From Callorhinchus milii (taxonomy: Eukaryota), in contig NW_024704746.1 in assembly GCF_018977255.1 (NCBI RefSeq), positions 28,148,001 to 28,212,000 of the forward strand: a stretch of 64,000 bases of DNA, read 5' to 3'. Position numbers and translations under genes: made by a program. Of this stretch, positions 36,452 through 49,718 are shown piece by piece. The notes beneath the pieces were generated by a model that saw nothing but the letters and a program-made list of their open reading frames with translations, did not search any database and was not told the DNA's origin. Within the stretch, counting starts at the first letter, position 1. Each line of letters starts with the position of its first letter.

Positions 36452-36625
36452 TTTCGCCCACAAAATACACAATCAATCCACTTTACAATATATTCTGTGA
36501 AGCACTTTGAAACATCTCAACAACGTGATAAGGTGCTATATCAAATGCAAGGATTACATCGTTTATATAGCAGCCTTCATACCGGACAGCGTCTCAGAGC
36601 GCTATATAAAGGATTATTATTATTT
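36452..36625 (+). mobile_element. SINE tail with an internal inverted L2-tail piece
   Basis: Plus-strand tail to GCAAGGATTA, then reverse tail TTTATATAGCAGCCTTCA...TCTCAGAGCGCT, then plus-strand GCGCTATATAAAGGATTATTATT. Confidence 0.75.
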
Positions 36626-37556
36626 TGATGTGGCAGGTAAATCTTGGGAGCATTTTCATAAACAGATCTGAAATGACTAATTTGGAAACAAGTAATCTGG
36701 CGTCTTAATTTTCCAGGACAACGACCTCGCTGCTGTAATTTTCCTGTGCGATGGCAGAGCCAGGGTTATTGGGTAACTAGGCAACAACATTAACCTCTAC
36801 AAAATGTGTGTTGTGTGTCTGTGGTAAACTGGTAATGACAGAACATATTCATGTAAGTGGAGTTTTGGAAATGGTCAAAGAACAGCACTTCTCCTTGTAT
36901 TATGTAATATCCTTCTTAACACCCAGGAAGAATCCTTAGCTAACCAACTGATAAGTGAACAATGCTTTGGAATTCCACAAGGATTAAAGACGTCTGGAAC
37001 GGTTATTTGTGAAGACTAACATGAAAGGAATCATCTGGTAACATAATTTGTGTCCTCGTAGATTTTTGTCTAAAAATGACAACTGTTTGGAGGGTAACGC
37101 AAGGATTATTATTGTTATTGTTAGTATAAAATAGATAATAGGATTTCTGACTACATAAAATGATTAAGATTGGTTAGCAGAACATGTAATGAACATCTTG
37201 AATGGGTTAACACGATGTTTGAGGCCAGGATACTTAACAAATAGCTTGTAACTGTAATAAGAAGACTGTAGTCGGTATTCTAAAAGGGTGAGAGCAAATG
37301 GTTGATGGATTTTCTTCTTCCACGTGTCTCTTGTGATCTCGGGAATAAATCTAGCAATAACTCTTGATTAGGGCAATACATTGACAGAGTCAACAGCATA
37401 GTCAATGTTGATCCTTTGATCTAAACAGAAGGTAAGTGAGTGTCTGTGGTCAAACTGGCTCAATAGTGACACCTCATGAAGGGAGAGTAGGGCTCAGTCA
37501 CCTCTCTGGTGATTCAATACTTGAATTAAGCTGATCTGCAGTGGGCCCTGCTACTA

Positions 37557-37848
37557 CTAATAATAATCCTTGCATTTGATGTAGCGCCTTCTCACATCTT
37601 CAAGACATCTCACAGCTCTTCACAGAATATTCTGTAAAGTGAATTGACTGTACATTTTGTATTATTTTAAGGGATTATTAGCCCCGGAAAAGCGATCCAG
37701 CAATCGACTTACAATCGGGTTGCTACTTACTGCGAGGTAAACAGAGGCGTGTGGAGCAAGGAAACTTGCCTAACGTTTCGCTCTGCCGGGAATCAAGCCC
37801 AGGTCCTCTCGCTTGCGAGGTCTCTAACCAATATGCTACAGGACTCCA
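37557..37848 (-). mobile_element. SINE, long subfamily, core deleted
   Basis: Tail and head (ACCAATATGCTACAGGACTCC) are present, but the GCGCAATTGG core is missing near 37660. Confidence 0.9.
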
Positions 37849-39665
37849 CATTGGCCAGCCCTACTGATGATTGTCCAGCCGGCTGAGCTTATTAAGTTGA
37901 TGACATTTAACATTTATATGTCACTGGGGACATGGCTGTTGGCCTCTGATAATGCTGAAAGCCAATTCTCTAACAGGTAAGTGGCCCTAACACACAAGTG
38001 TTATGAGGCTTGTTCAGGTATGCTTAATACAGAGAGTATAATTCCAGCAATGTGCAATTTGGGTACTTGGGGGTAGAAATTCCACCTGGGTCTAGCTTTC
38101 CTCTATTAATCTACCATTTCAGAACAACAAAATTTATTACATTTTTAAACACAACCTTAATTTTCAAGTCAGTTCACTGTAAGTTCCTTTTAATGATGAC
38201 AGAAAACGGGCTTCAAAGTTAAAACTGAACTGAACAATTTGCCAAGTTCTGCATGTTCGGAAATGCTACATAAAGGGGTAAATCTAAACCCAGGACGAAC
38301 TTCGATCTCCTAAAGCCACCTGTGTTCCATGTGTATAGGCAAACAGAGATACGTTTACTCTCTGCTCCAATAAGTTCTCAAAGGTTATAACTGGAGAGCA
38401 CAGCAATTAGCCTCTTGACATGAAAAGTGCTATATCAAATGCAATTTTTGTTGTTATTGTTGTGTGCCAAACACCCAGCTGAACAAAACCTTAGTAGAAC
38501 TGCTTACATAAATAAGAAAGCATCAAAAGTCTTATAGGAACACCACACAGGCAGTTATATCTCTCTCTGACGCCTTAAGGTGTAATATCAGGAATGCTAT
38601 GATGGCTTTATACAGAATTAAGGAACCAGAATGATAATATAGCATCTTACTGCCATTGTGCGCTTAAAGACTTCAAGGCATGGATATATAGTATGGTGTG
38701 TCTGATTGCATGCTCAGTCCTGTGTTTTAAACCAACCAATGTTCTTCCTACTGCATCTGCGTCTGTGTTGAGCGTTCTCTCTTTCACTGGTTCGAGCGGT
38801 CAAGTAGCTCTCTTGTAGTAATTGTTGACAGCTATGAAGAGAAGAGTAACAGCCACTTGTGAAATTATTCTATTTGCCTCGCTATTATTTGCCTAATGGA
38901 TTGAAGAATGGATTGAAGTGAAAGGTGAGTATTCTATGTTGACCTGTACTGCAATACTATCTATGTGGCACCAATGTAACATAGTTAGTGGTAGCAGTAA
39001 GACTGATTTTATTAACATGCAGTTTTGGAAGTCTGTGTTCTGTGTTTGCCAAATTAGAAATAAATTCAGTGGCATTTAAAAAAACGAACCACTGGATATC
39101 TCTTAAAATTAGAGGCACTTAGTGATAGCTAATTAAACTTGTGTCACCCAAACTGAATGAAATTTGGGGCCACTTTTCAACTGCTACATTCTAGCGATAT
39201 TCAAATTCTTTGTGGAATACTTTTTAACGCGTGAAAGTCTTTTCCAGGTCAAAAGAGTAAAAGTTTCATTCCGTCTCGAACAATTAATCTTAAACTAATT
39301 GAAGCGTGATGCTGCGGTGTGTTTCACTCGGGCTTGCAAATCTCATTTAGCAAAGTGAATTCAAGGCACATGCTGAACCTAATAATGTGACAGGTGGGCA
39401 GACCACAAGACAGCAGCCTTAGAAAAGTTGATTCTCATTAAACCTGCAGAGTCCTGCAGTCAGTTTGTGATGGCTGAGTAACACTAATCGCATCTGTTTA
39501 CCACTGGGTGAGGGGAAACTGTATTTTTTTTGTGTGTGAGTTAATATTCTTGACTCCTGCCCAAAAAAACAGCATGCCTGCTTCCTCCTTCGCTATTTGC
39601 TACCGTTCTGCTGACTCCTGCCGGGTGCACCCTGCTCTAATTAACTCGAATGGATATATAAAGCA

Positions 39666-39878
39666 ANNNNNNNNNNNNNNNNNNNNNNNNNNNNNNNNNN
39701 NNNNNNNNNNNNNNNNNNNNNNNNNNNNNNNNNNNNNNNNNNNNNNNNNNNNNNNNNNNNNNNNNNNNNNNNNNNNNNNNNNNNNNNNNNNNNNNNNNNN
39801 NNNNNNNNNNNNNNNNNNNNNNNNNNNNNNNNNNNNNNNNNNNNNNNNNNNNNNNNNNNNNNNNNNNNNNNNNNNNNN
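39666..39878. other. Assembly gap
   Basis: Run of N. Confidence 1.
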
Positions 39879-40334
39879 TGTCAGGCTGGAGGAATTAATG
39901 GTGTAAAGTCACAGAAAGTTAAAGGGGTTCGTAGAAATGTTGCTTCATGGTGTGTGTGAATTTGAGGCCCTTGCAAGACCATTAGCAATTGCTGTTTGTG
40001 AGCCAAAGCAGTTTCAGTTGTGCAATACTCAAAGAATTGGAAACTTCCTCCCCATTGCATTTTACATTGTAAATGCTCCAAAACTAAATTAGGTATAATT
40101 CTAAATTAATGCAATTCTGCGCTGCAGAAAAGTGAAATTGAAATATGACCCTTTAATGCTATTGAAATAATCAATTCCCTGATTAATTAAATGCAGCATT
40201 GACTGAACCAGACCGGTAGAGTGTACAGATACATTGGCTATGTTCTAACCTAAGTCCGTTTATATAAAAAAAAGGATAATAATTGTACAGTATAAATGCT
40301 TCTTGGAGTGCAGTGTGCACTCACTGAATCTAGT

Positions 40335-40620
40335 TCGCTGATTAAATTTCATGGAACTCATCTGTATTAATGGTAATGAAGAGAAGAGGGAGACAATTGC
40401 TTAAATGGGGGATTGACAAGTGACAATGATTAATGGTGTTTTTGTTTATTGATCTGGCACACTGCCAGGTATGGAGGCTAAAATTTGCAAACAGTGTTGG
40501 TTGATAATCCCGCAATAGCACAGGTGCACACAGCCTTGTCAGAGAATAGTATTTGAGAAAGTGAGGCCCTTCAGTGAGCAACTAACTATTCAGCTTCACA
40601 GCAATTTGTTAATCGTAGTG
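40335..40620. promoter_or_regulatory. Candidate Pbx-Hox/Meis enhancer
   Basis: TGACAA at 40414 and 40421 directly before TGATTAATGG at 40427-40436, within a multi-kb repeat-free block. Confidence 0.45.
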
Positions 40621-41636
40621 AACTTGGCTTCTCAGGATTTTATTTTAAGCGTTCAAAATACTAAATCTACATCGTTAGTGTTTTTTTCCCATTATACTAT
40701 ACGACCAATAACCTAGGGACGAAGATCAAGAATGTCGGGCACGTCAAATGCTTTCCATTTTGTGGTGTCTGTTTGTCTAAGGAATAGATTACCTTCTCTT
40801 CCACTCTGTGTCATCACAATGCCATGAGCTTTTCCCTGTCTCGTATGACGTGGGTCAACATTAATGTTTAGCACCCTGGTCATTAATTCTATAATGCAGC
40901 TTTAAAGCGCATTCATCCTGTTGTAAACACATGACATTATCCATCTCCGGGATTGCAACACAGAGCTTTCAGAACTGAATCGGTCTCAATGGGACCATAT
41001 GTAGAGAGTGGGTGGAGTGCAGCCAATTCTCCTGTTTGGAGCCCAACATTTGGTTCCAGCAGCTTGTTTCTGAAACCTCATCCTGTCGTGGCAAAGATTG
41101 AATTTTCCGTGAATCGGGTGGGGGGGCAGTACCAAAAATTAAAGAGCAATACATCAAAATTCTGCTTGAATTAGTCGTTCATTTATGCGCCATCTGAAAA
41201 TGACATTTCTGGGCCACTTGTTTTGGAATGCATGTTTTCACCTGTTGTGACTTTAAAAAGGTTCAGAATTTCTTCATCCCCCACGTTCCTAGTTTTCTGA
41301 CAAATTAGGCAGTAAAATCTGTGGGTTATTATATTCTGTCACAAGTCCAACATTAAAGTAGTTCAGGATTAATCCACGCATCAGGATATTTCTGTATATT
41401 AAAAAGACTGCAAACTAAGCTAAATATCAAGTGCCACATGAACAGGATAATTTAACAGAAAATTAAGATTCAACAACAAAATCAATTCAGGATGATAAAT
41501 TAGGTGACATTGATGCATTCATGTAAATAAGGCCATTGACTTAGATTTCTATTGCTTACTTGTATGCAGGGCTGAGCCTGCAGAACTCATTTCATTTAAG
41601 ATGTGCTGGGGATGTTTATCACTTACCTTTATAATA

Positions 41637-41975
41637 CAGTACAATTTACATTTATATAGTGCCTTTCATGGCAGAAGGGATGTCTCAAAGTGCTTCACAC
41701 TGCTGGGTGGGAGCAGGGGAGGGTGGGAGGTTTGCCCAACTTTTTTCCCCCCCCTCTTCGACCGTGCCTACGATCACCGCCCCCTGGCTAGCCATCATAC
41801 CCCACCACTGTCAGGCGCTCTGGGACCCTGAGTGAAGGGCGCTCTATAAATGCAAATTGTTGTTGTTGAACTGGAAGGGTGGGACTGTGGGGGGTGGAAA
41901 GAGGAAACATGACTGAAAGAGCCATCAAAGGGGCACGTTTTGAGGCAGCTCATAACCGTGAGGAAGGAGAGAGTA
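41637..41975 (-). mobile_element. L2 3' end containing a nested opposite-strand L2 tail (about 41750-41868)
   Basis: Reverse tail at 41640; plus-strand CTCTTCGACCGTGCC...GTGAAGGGCGCTCTATAAATGCAAATTGTTGTTGTT; the host resumes with CATGACTGAAAGAGCCATCAAAG. Confidence 0.75.
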
Positions 41976-42112
41976 TTTCATATTGATTGCATAGAAATTC
42001 AAGCAATTTTAGCACATATTTAAGAAAATTGTAATAAAATGCAGGTTAGTGGCTATTTTGATGTGATTACAATGTCGTAATCTCTTCAATGCATTCAGCT
42101 GCCACCACAAAT

Positions 42113-42490
42113 ATAATAATCCTTGCATCTGATATGGCGCCTTATCACGTCATCAAGATTTCATAGTACTTACTATGACTGTATTTTGTAGATGCATGTG
42201 GCAGCCAATTTACACACAGCAATCTCCCGCAAATGACCATAAGGTGAATGATCAATTTCATTTTAGGATTGTTGGCCACAAAACCAGGAGAAACTCCCTT
42301 TTCTTTTCGAACAGTACCATGGAATCGTGATTGTCCACCCGAACAGGCAGAGGAGACCTCAGTTTAACATCTCATCTGAAGGACGGCACCTCTGACAATG
42401 CAGCGTACCATCAGCATTGCACTGGATTGTCCAACAAGACTATCAGCTGAAAGACCTGACGTGGAGTTTGAACCCACGACCTTCTGGAGA
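42113..42490 (-). mobile_element. Old DeuSINE (SacSINE1-like)
   Basis: Tail, core, CCAGGAGAAACTCCC, GTCCACCCGAACAGGCAGA, GTTTAACATCTCATCTGAAGGACGGCACCTCTGACAATGCAG and TTGAACCCACGACCTTCTG. Confidence 0.88.
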
Positions 42491-42561
42491 GATTGTTACC
42501 AACAAATCATGAAAACAAAGCTCAAGCAGTTTTTTTTAATTTTTAACAAGAATGTTGTGGA

Positions 42562-42722
42562 CGTAGCTTTCAAAAGGGAATTGGGTAGGTATTTGAAAAG
42601 GAAAAATTTGCAGGGCTATGGGGTGAGAGCAGTGAAGTGGGACTAGTTGGGTGGCTCTTTCAAAGACCTGGCACAGGCATAATAGGCCGAATGGCCTCCT
42701 TCTGTGCTGCGAAATTCTAATC
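42562..42722 (+). mobile_element. CR1-type LINE 3' end
   Basis: AFKRELGRYLKRKNLQGYG, then GGCCGAATGGCCTCCTTCTGTGCTG; same family as 3945-4175. Confidence 0.92.
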
Positions 42723-42774
42723 TATATGTTAAGAAATTCAATGGGGAATTGCACATTTTAACAGTTTCAGTATC

Positions 42775-43150
42775 AGTTTCAGTGTCCAATTATGACTCTC
42801 ATGAGTAATACAACACAGAGTCCAATGTAGAGTAAAGCTCCCGACACGCTCGCAAAAACACAATTTGACCAATTTCTTAGACGAACAGCCGCTATTACAC
42901 TGATTCCTAGTTTGTGTTTCCCAAACCAGACATTCCTTTGTCTCTGACCGAAATTTCCATTTCATGGTCAATTTGTTGCTGAACTGTGAGCAGTTCTGTT
43001 TTGAATACCAACACCCTCCCTGAGCTGAATTGGGACTACTCATAATCATTTCTGTGGAATCTTCACAGCCAGAAAACAAAGACTTGCAGACTTGGATCGA
43101 TTCGAACCCAAGTGAAGAGGCTCCCTGAATCATGCAGTACTTTACTTAGG
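42775..43150 (-). mobile_element. Old LF-SINE-like element
   Basis: Reverse strand GGAGCCTCTTCAC.TTGGGTTCGAATC...GGCTGTG...GAAATGA...GTAGTCCCAATTCAG...CAGAGACAAAGGA...GTGTCGGGAGCTTTACTCTAC follows LF-SINE order as recalled. Confidence 0.6.
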
Positions 43151-43212
43151 GATCTTTATAACAGTTATCTGCCCTCTTAAACAAGAATAAAAGCTTTAAG
43201 GTTGGTCTTATT

Positions 43213-43322
43213 TAGCCCCCAAAAATACAGTCAATCCAGTTTACAGTAAATTCTGTGAAGCGCTTTGAGACGTCTCAACGACATGATAAAGTGCTGTATC
43301 AAATGCAAGGATTGTTATTATT
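43213..43322 (+). mobile_element. SINE tail fragment
   Basis: CTGTGAAGCGCTTTGAGACGTCTCAACGACATGATAAAG...ATGCAAGGATTG; a more decayed tail lies at 43570-43672. Confidence 0.88.
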
Positions 43323-46300
43323 TTTTATTGTGTTCCATTTCCAATTTTTGCTAGGAATCAGGGTGGATATGAAAGCCAATACGCTCCTTATCACTGATGA
43401 GTCTACAATCAAAAGATTAATAATTGTGATATCATTATATCGTACCAAGAAATAGTAGGAATTATCAATTGAACCCATTATGTTTTAATATATATTTTCT
43501 TCACTATGTATAAGAATAAAAGGCAGTCACATTTTTGATTCAGGAATCACATTTGAAATGATTGCAAATTTGGCTACAAAGTAGCCTGTAATATACTTTA
43601 CAGTGAATCCTGTGAAGAGCTTTTGGACACCCTCGTGATGTGAAAGTGCGGTATCAAATGCAACGATTATTATTTTAATATCATTATAATAGTCAATTAT
43701 TATTGGACTACAATATAATGCCAAAATGTTAATTCATATATTTTATATGCTTCCTTTATTAATTAAAAACAAGAGTGGAACAAGACTGTAAATAGTATAT
43801 TACTTTCTATTACACAGGGCATTTGCAATATTACTAAGTCTGAGACATCATGTGCAGTACAAAATGTCTAAGCGATCCTTCGAAATGCTGTATTCTGTCA
43901 ATAAAACATGGTATACTGATCGCACTGTGCCCAAATCCAGCGCTGGTAAAGTCTCATATTAAAGGTTGCTGAAATTTACCCTTGTTATTTGGTGATAATT
44001 CCTCCTGCTGCTTCTCAGCTGCCTAAACCTAAAATAATTTTTCATCAATCATTCATGGTATTTTTGCTAGTCTAATAGTAAGTCATTTATTCATTATCAA
44101 TGTTCAGATCTCCTGACTGCTGGAGAAATGCTGTCAAATTAGGACCAAAGAAACATAACAAGCTGGTTTCAGAACAAGATTCTGGCCAAAATGATCATTG
44201 TTAATGACAGGAATGAGTAATTAGAATGAAGAAATGACTGCAGATGTATTTCAAACTCTAGCCTCGGGTATTCAGGTTTAATACTCATAGACTAAATAAA
44301 TCATTATCCCGTATTTGGGCTGTTTAAAGGCAAAGAACTCTTCAGATTTTAAGATTATTTCTCATCGAAATAAATACTCCTTTATTCTCTCCTTTTATCT
44401 GGATCCCTGTTCACTTCCTTTCAATAAAATAATGCACTGGAACCAAACTCCCTCCATTTCAGTACTTCAATCATCTTTACCCTTAGCTGTTGTTATATTC
44501 AGAAGTCTGTGGGCTTTTTCATTGCTCAGCAGTCCAAAATACTTAAGGGTGTGTAAAAAAACACACGATCCTGACAGCCACTGTTTGAGGTTTCTACAGC
44601 ATTGATTAGAACAAATGTTAGCAGCACCAGTTTCCCTCATGTGGTTTTCACCCTGTGCTCATTAACGCGATATTAAAAGTTCCACAAGCTGGTGCTTCAC
44701 TCATATCATTAAGACTGAAAGCAACGAGCAGCAAACAGGAATGTGGCAGAAAATAAAATGTAATAAAAAAAATCAAATCGCTCTAATTAACCCTTTTGAA
44801 GACTTTAAGACCTGATCAGACATCACCAACTCTCTGCCTTTCATCTGCAAAGATGATTTCCTGCTAACGCTGATTTGATAGTCTCAACGACATTTCATGA
44901 ACTACATAGAAACTAAAAATGGTGGCAATTTACCGGGTACAACTTTGCTGCTCATATACCACTGTGATGGTTAAGGTTTGAAAAACCTCAAGGCCACAAA
45001 AATGTAAATTTACTTCTCGTAAGCTTCCTCTCTGATCACAGTATAGGCTCATTATTGGGAGCCAACAGTTTGTATGTTAGAATGCTGCATGCATGCGGCA
45101 ACACAAAATATCTTAATTACATAAAACCTTCTTCAACTGAGTCTTACAGACACCTCCCCTCTCTCCCTGGCTGAGTGTCAAGTTCCGTCATTGTTAAGTT
45201 CTCCGAGATAAGCTACCCTGCTTGAAGGGCACTGTAATAAATGCAGGTTGTTGTTGAAAAGTTGAAAGCCATGGTCCACTCGTGCTGTTACCAGGGAATG
45301 ACTTCTTAGACTGGAGAGAATCAGATGACATTTAGCTTACCAGAAATTCTGGACACCACAACCAGACCATGGATTCCTAGAGAACCTTATGCCATGGATA
45401 GATAACCTCCCAGAACATCAGGACATTGGATGCCTCTTCTCCCATAGCTCAAAGGAAATTGCAAAGCAAGAAAGCACGCACACTCGGAACATGAGGAAAT
45501 GAAGTAACATAGTCCTATGCATGTATACTTCTCCACTAATCAATGACTGGAACAAGTTGCCAGGAAGAGTGTTTAAGGCCAGGGCAATGGAGGGCCAAAG
45601 TGTCTTCTTCAATCAAACCAATCTTGTGATCTTGTGAACATGCCCAACAAAACTGATACCTTGGGGACATAGGTGTACTACAGGGGTTGAGACTGAGACC
45701 ACAACCTACAAGACCACGATCCATTCAACAGGTGGATGTTATTAAACCCCCAACAGCCAATGTGCTTAATGCTATTATACTGCATGTTTAATGTTCTCAC
45801 CAGAAGGAATAAATAAACTAAATAAATGTATGGAGGAGCAGGTCAAATGGGTTGAGTTCTGGCTACTCCTGTTTGCGACAATAGAGAGAGAGCCTCTGTG
45901 AATCTCCAGGATGGCCACACGACTTAAAGCTCTGTGTGTGGGCAGTTTCTGACTCCAGTGAGGTCAGTGTTGTTTACCTGGACCCGTCTTGAAACTTTAA
46001 GAACATAAGAACATTTGCTAGGCGAATGAAGTCCAGTTCGCCTTCCACCATCCTGGCTTGACATATTGTGTTGAATAAGGGATAAGTCTCCTTAACGAGT
46101 CTTTATTGATCCAGAATTACCGAAATATTAAAAATGTCATTGAGTTCAGAACAATTCAGCTTCCAAAAATACTTTGAGACTCAATCGTGTGAAAAAAACT
46201 AATAAGTTTGAACTTATTTTCCAAGTGAGGGTGGGCAGGATTATATTTCATTCTGCGGGATATTAACAAGTAAGTACCAACACTTTAATTATCAGTTAAA

Positions 46301-46947
46301 TATCCATTAGTAGCAGTGCTTTATGACTTTATGACAGTTGCTGCAAATGCTAAACAGTGCGTCACGAATAATTATCAAATTTCACAAATCATGGAAGAAA
46401 CAAAATATCCTCATCAGCCTTGAACCTTCCTTTGTTTATTTCTCTCCTTTGTTGGTTTGTTTGAAATGCGTCGATGGGGCAAGTTGGGTTGAAGGAATTG
46501 TCCGGTTTGAACAAGTGGGGAGCAGAGCTAACGTAACTGTGTCTCAAGCAGAAGCCATTCCCCCCAGGTTAATGATCAGAGGCCGTACAATTATGGTGAC
46601 GGTGAGCTTACTGCTCCATTAGCTGCAGGCAATATCAGGTTACTGTCCACACAGCTGGTCCCGCTGGGCACCCTCAGTGCTTAACACTCCTGTGGGTATT
46701 TCATGTAAATTGAGTAGTAATCACCACGTTCTTTTGCTTACTGTTATGCTGCCGTCCGCAGACATGTGGATGGGTAAGGAACAGGCAAGTTGCGTGCCAT
46801 CGACACACTTCACCACCACGCCATGCAGAAGGATCAGCTTTTGTCATCAATGACGGTAACTGTTGTCTCAATGTACGGTAAGTAAGCACTCTCGAGTGTG
46901 AACTGTCATCACACAACTGATAGCCACATGTACTGTATATAGCAATC

Positions 46948-47298
46948 ATAATAATAATAATCCTTGCATTTGATATAGCGCTTTATCACATCTTCGAGAC
47001 GTCTCAAAGCGCTTCACGGAATATACTGTAAAGTGAATTGACTGTAGAATTTGTGGGCAAAACGCGGCAGCCAATTGCGGACGGCAGTGTCCAACAAACA
47101 GTGGATTGAGTGACAACATTATTGTTATTANTTTTTTTAAGGGATCTGCAAATCAACTAACAAAAGGTTTCCTATGTACTGCTGGGTAAACAGAGGCATG
47201 TGGAGTAAGGAAACTTGTCTAAGTTTACGCCCCTGCCCGGGAATCAAACCCGGGTAGTCTCGCTTGCGAGGCGAGTTCTCTAACCAATACACTGCAGA
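46948..47298 (-). mobile_element. SINE, long subfamily, near full length
   Basis: Tail, core, middle block and head (CTCGCTTGCGAGGCGAG..CTCTAACCAATAC). Confidence 0.92.
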
Positions 47299-47867
47299 AT
47301 TTCTCAATACCATGTAAGTGCAAGACTCCATGCCTACATGTAACCAAAATCCTGGGCTGGAACCAACATAAATTCAAGCCAAATCAAGTGGTGCACGGAA
47401 GCGGAATCTGTTTCTCAAGGGTGTGCTTCTGTGCTTCTCTTTGGCTCCTGAAGCTGTAATCTCAACATAACATAAGATACAGAACGGTGTCAAGGGCAAC
47501 TTGAAGTTAATTGCATCACAATTAAACACCCCTAAAAGCACTAGAAGAAACACGTAGATATAAGATGGGCTTTGCCTCCAGTAAGACACAGAACTGCAGC
47601 TATTATTTTCCCAGCTCGCAGAATATTTTTGAATTTTAATCGAAATAAGAAATACAGTGATTTGGTCCAAACGTTTCACCATTATTGGATGTCTCCCAAC
47701 CATAGTAGGGAGCATTAGGTGTAAAATGGCTGATTCCTGTTGGCAATTAATTTAACTATATGATTCATGCCTCCTGACAGGAAATAGCTTGTGTAGAAAT
47801 TTGGATCTGACTTTTTTTTTCTGTGCTGTGAGGCCTTGCCGTACTTCTCAGGGAATATACTCCAATA

Positions 47868-48085
47868 AAGAGGACATGGGGTTTAAGAGTTGCAAAGAGA
47901 GATTTCAGGGTAGATCTCAGGAGATTTTTTTTACCCAGGAAGATTGATTGAGACCAAAACACTGGACTCATTTTAAAAAAAGCTTGATGCTGTGATGGGA
48001 AGACAGTAGGGTGGCTATTCTGGAAGGATGAGATCCAAAATGGCCTGAAATGCTTTCTTCATCCAAACCCAATCTCATAAGCTTG
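47868..48085 (+). mobile_element. CR1 3' end
   Basis: AGAGGACATGG...AGATTTCAGGGTAGATCTCAGGAGATTTTTTTTACCCAG resembles RGH..K.RFR.D.RR.FFTQ. Confidence 0.75.
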
Positions 48086-48104
48086 TGGACTCTATTAATA
48101 TGAA

Positions 48105-48325
48105 TTCAGACAATCTCCAGAATGAAGTTTGGAGAGTGGAGGCAGATAGACTGAAAGCCTACCCGCCGATGGTGGGGTGGGTGGGGCAAGGGACATGATG
48201 CAAGCCCAAATTACTCCTACTTGCTGACTGAAGGGATTGGTAGGGTTTGAGTAGATGGCAGAGGTAGGGTGGGGAAAGAGTGTGAAGGGATTTACTGAGA
48301 ACAAGGACCTTGAACTCAATCCATT
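48105..48325 (-). mobile_element. L2 ORF2 fragment
   Basis: ORF 48159-48386 gives IEFKVLVLSKSLHTLSPPYLCHLLKPY...PTIGG, matching L2 IxFKxLxLxxKxLHxLAPxYL. Confidence 0.85.
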
Positions 48326-48792
48326 TATTCATTAATACAGTACAGAGCATCATGAAATGTTCATAATGTGAGAATATGTGACCCATATTGGTTGTAGATA
48401 ACCAGACTATGATTTGACTACATTGATTGACGTGTCAATGCACGATCAAGTCTGTGCTCAAAGCATTGGCGTGACAGGAAATATTATTCCCTTACTTAAC
48501 AACTCACAAACTGAAGTCAGATTTCAGCTGAATTCTTTCTCCTGCTTTAGCACCCAACTGCACACCTCAGCATTATTTTATTGCAACTCTCGGAGGTTGA
48601 ATCAGAGTGGCTCTGTGTAAAACCATCAATACCGACAGGGCACGAGCACTTTCCAGATTATAGCAGATAATAACATTTCTAGTAATGGGACCTGAGGGGG
48701 AAGGAATGTAAATGTATTTCAGGACCTACACAATAAATTTGACTGAGATGGTTTAATCTCAGATTTCCTGCATTCCGTCAAATTACCTAAAA

Positions 48793-49165
48793 ATCCTGTA
48801 TTGTAGTGGTTAGAGCACTCGCCTCGCAAACGAGACGTCCTTGGTTCGATTCCTGGGCAGGACGTAAGTTTCCTTACTTCACACGCCTGTTTACCGAGCA
48901 GTAAGTAGGCACCTGGTTGTTAGTTGATTAGCGGATCACTTTTCCGGGAGTAACAATCGCTTAAAAAAATGTAAAAGTGGGAAAAAATGGTCACTCAATC
49001 CACGTCTGTTTGTGGGATACTGCTGTGCGCAATTCATTGCCGTCTTTTGCCCATACGACATACAGTCACTATACAGTATATTCACTCTACAGTATATTAT
49101 GTGAAGTGCTTTGGGACGTCTCGAAGACATGATAAGGCGCTACATTGAATGCAAGGTTTGTTATA
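48793..49165 (+). mobile_element. SINE, long subfamily, full length
   Basis: Head TAGTGGTTAGAGCACTCGCCTCGCAA..GGTTCGATTCC, middle block, core and tail. Confidence 0.92.
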
Positions 49166-49718
49166 ATAATAATTATTAATTAACTTATTTATTTTATTTA
49201 GCATGCTTTCGCCCACATCATTATTATTATTATCTGTGATTTCTTGTAAAATAACAGAACTCTGGGCTCCAGGGTTAGTGTGAATCTCCTACTGAGAAGT
49301 AAATATGGAGCTGGGCTGTGATTTTATTTGGACTGTGCTATCTATTTTGATGCTGATTTTAAGAGTACCCATTGACACAGATTGGCTTTGCTTATCCCCA
49401 ATTTAAAATCTCGCAATCGCTGTACTCAACAGACTGCTGCCTATCAAACCGTTTTACTTCCAGGAAAAGCAGCCGTGTTTCTGAACTGTCTGAGGTTTCT
49501 GATCCTCTGTGAATGACATTAATCAGCGTGCCAAGATGCTGTCATCCCATCTACAAAGAACACTTATACCGTGTAAGTGTCAAGATAAAGAATAAAGCTT
49601 CAGTCATTCCAGTTAAACAATACTGGGGTAAGCTTGGTGCTGATCATATGTGTAATTACTGCACCATTAGTACAAATTATACTTGCCTTTTTAATTTTTT
49701 TTACATGATCTGGCTTAC

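Noticed and set aside
37425-38935. Plus-strand GTAAGT/GTGAGT donors (about 37432, 37977, 38924; also 6107)
   Set aside because: No paired open exon; frequency is compatible with chance.
39508-39906. 132-aa ORF (also 55015-55223)
   Set aside because: Artefact of reading through N gaps.
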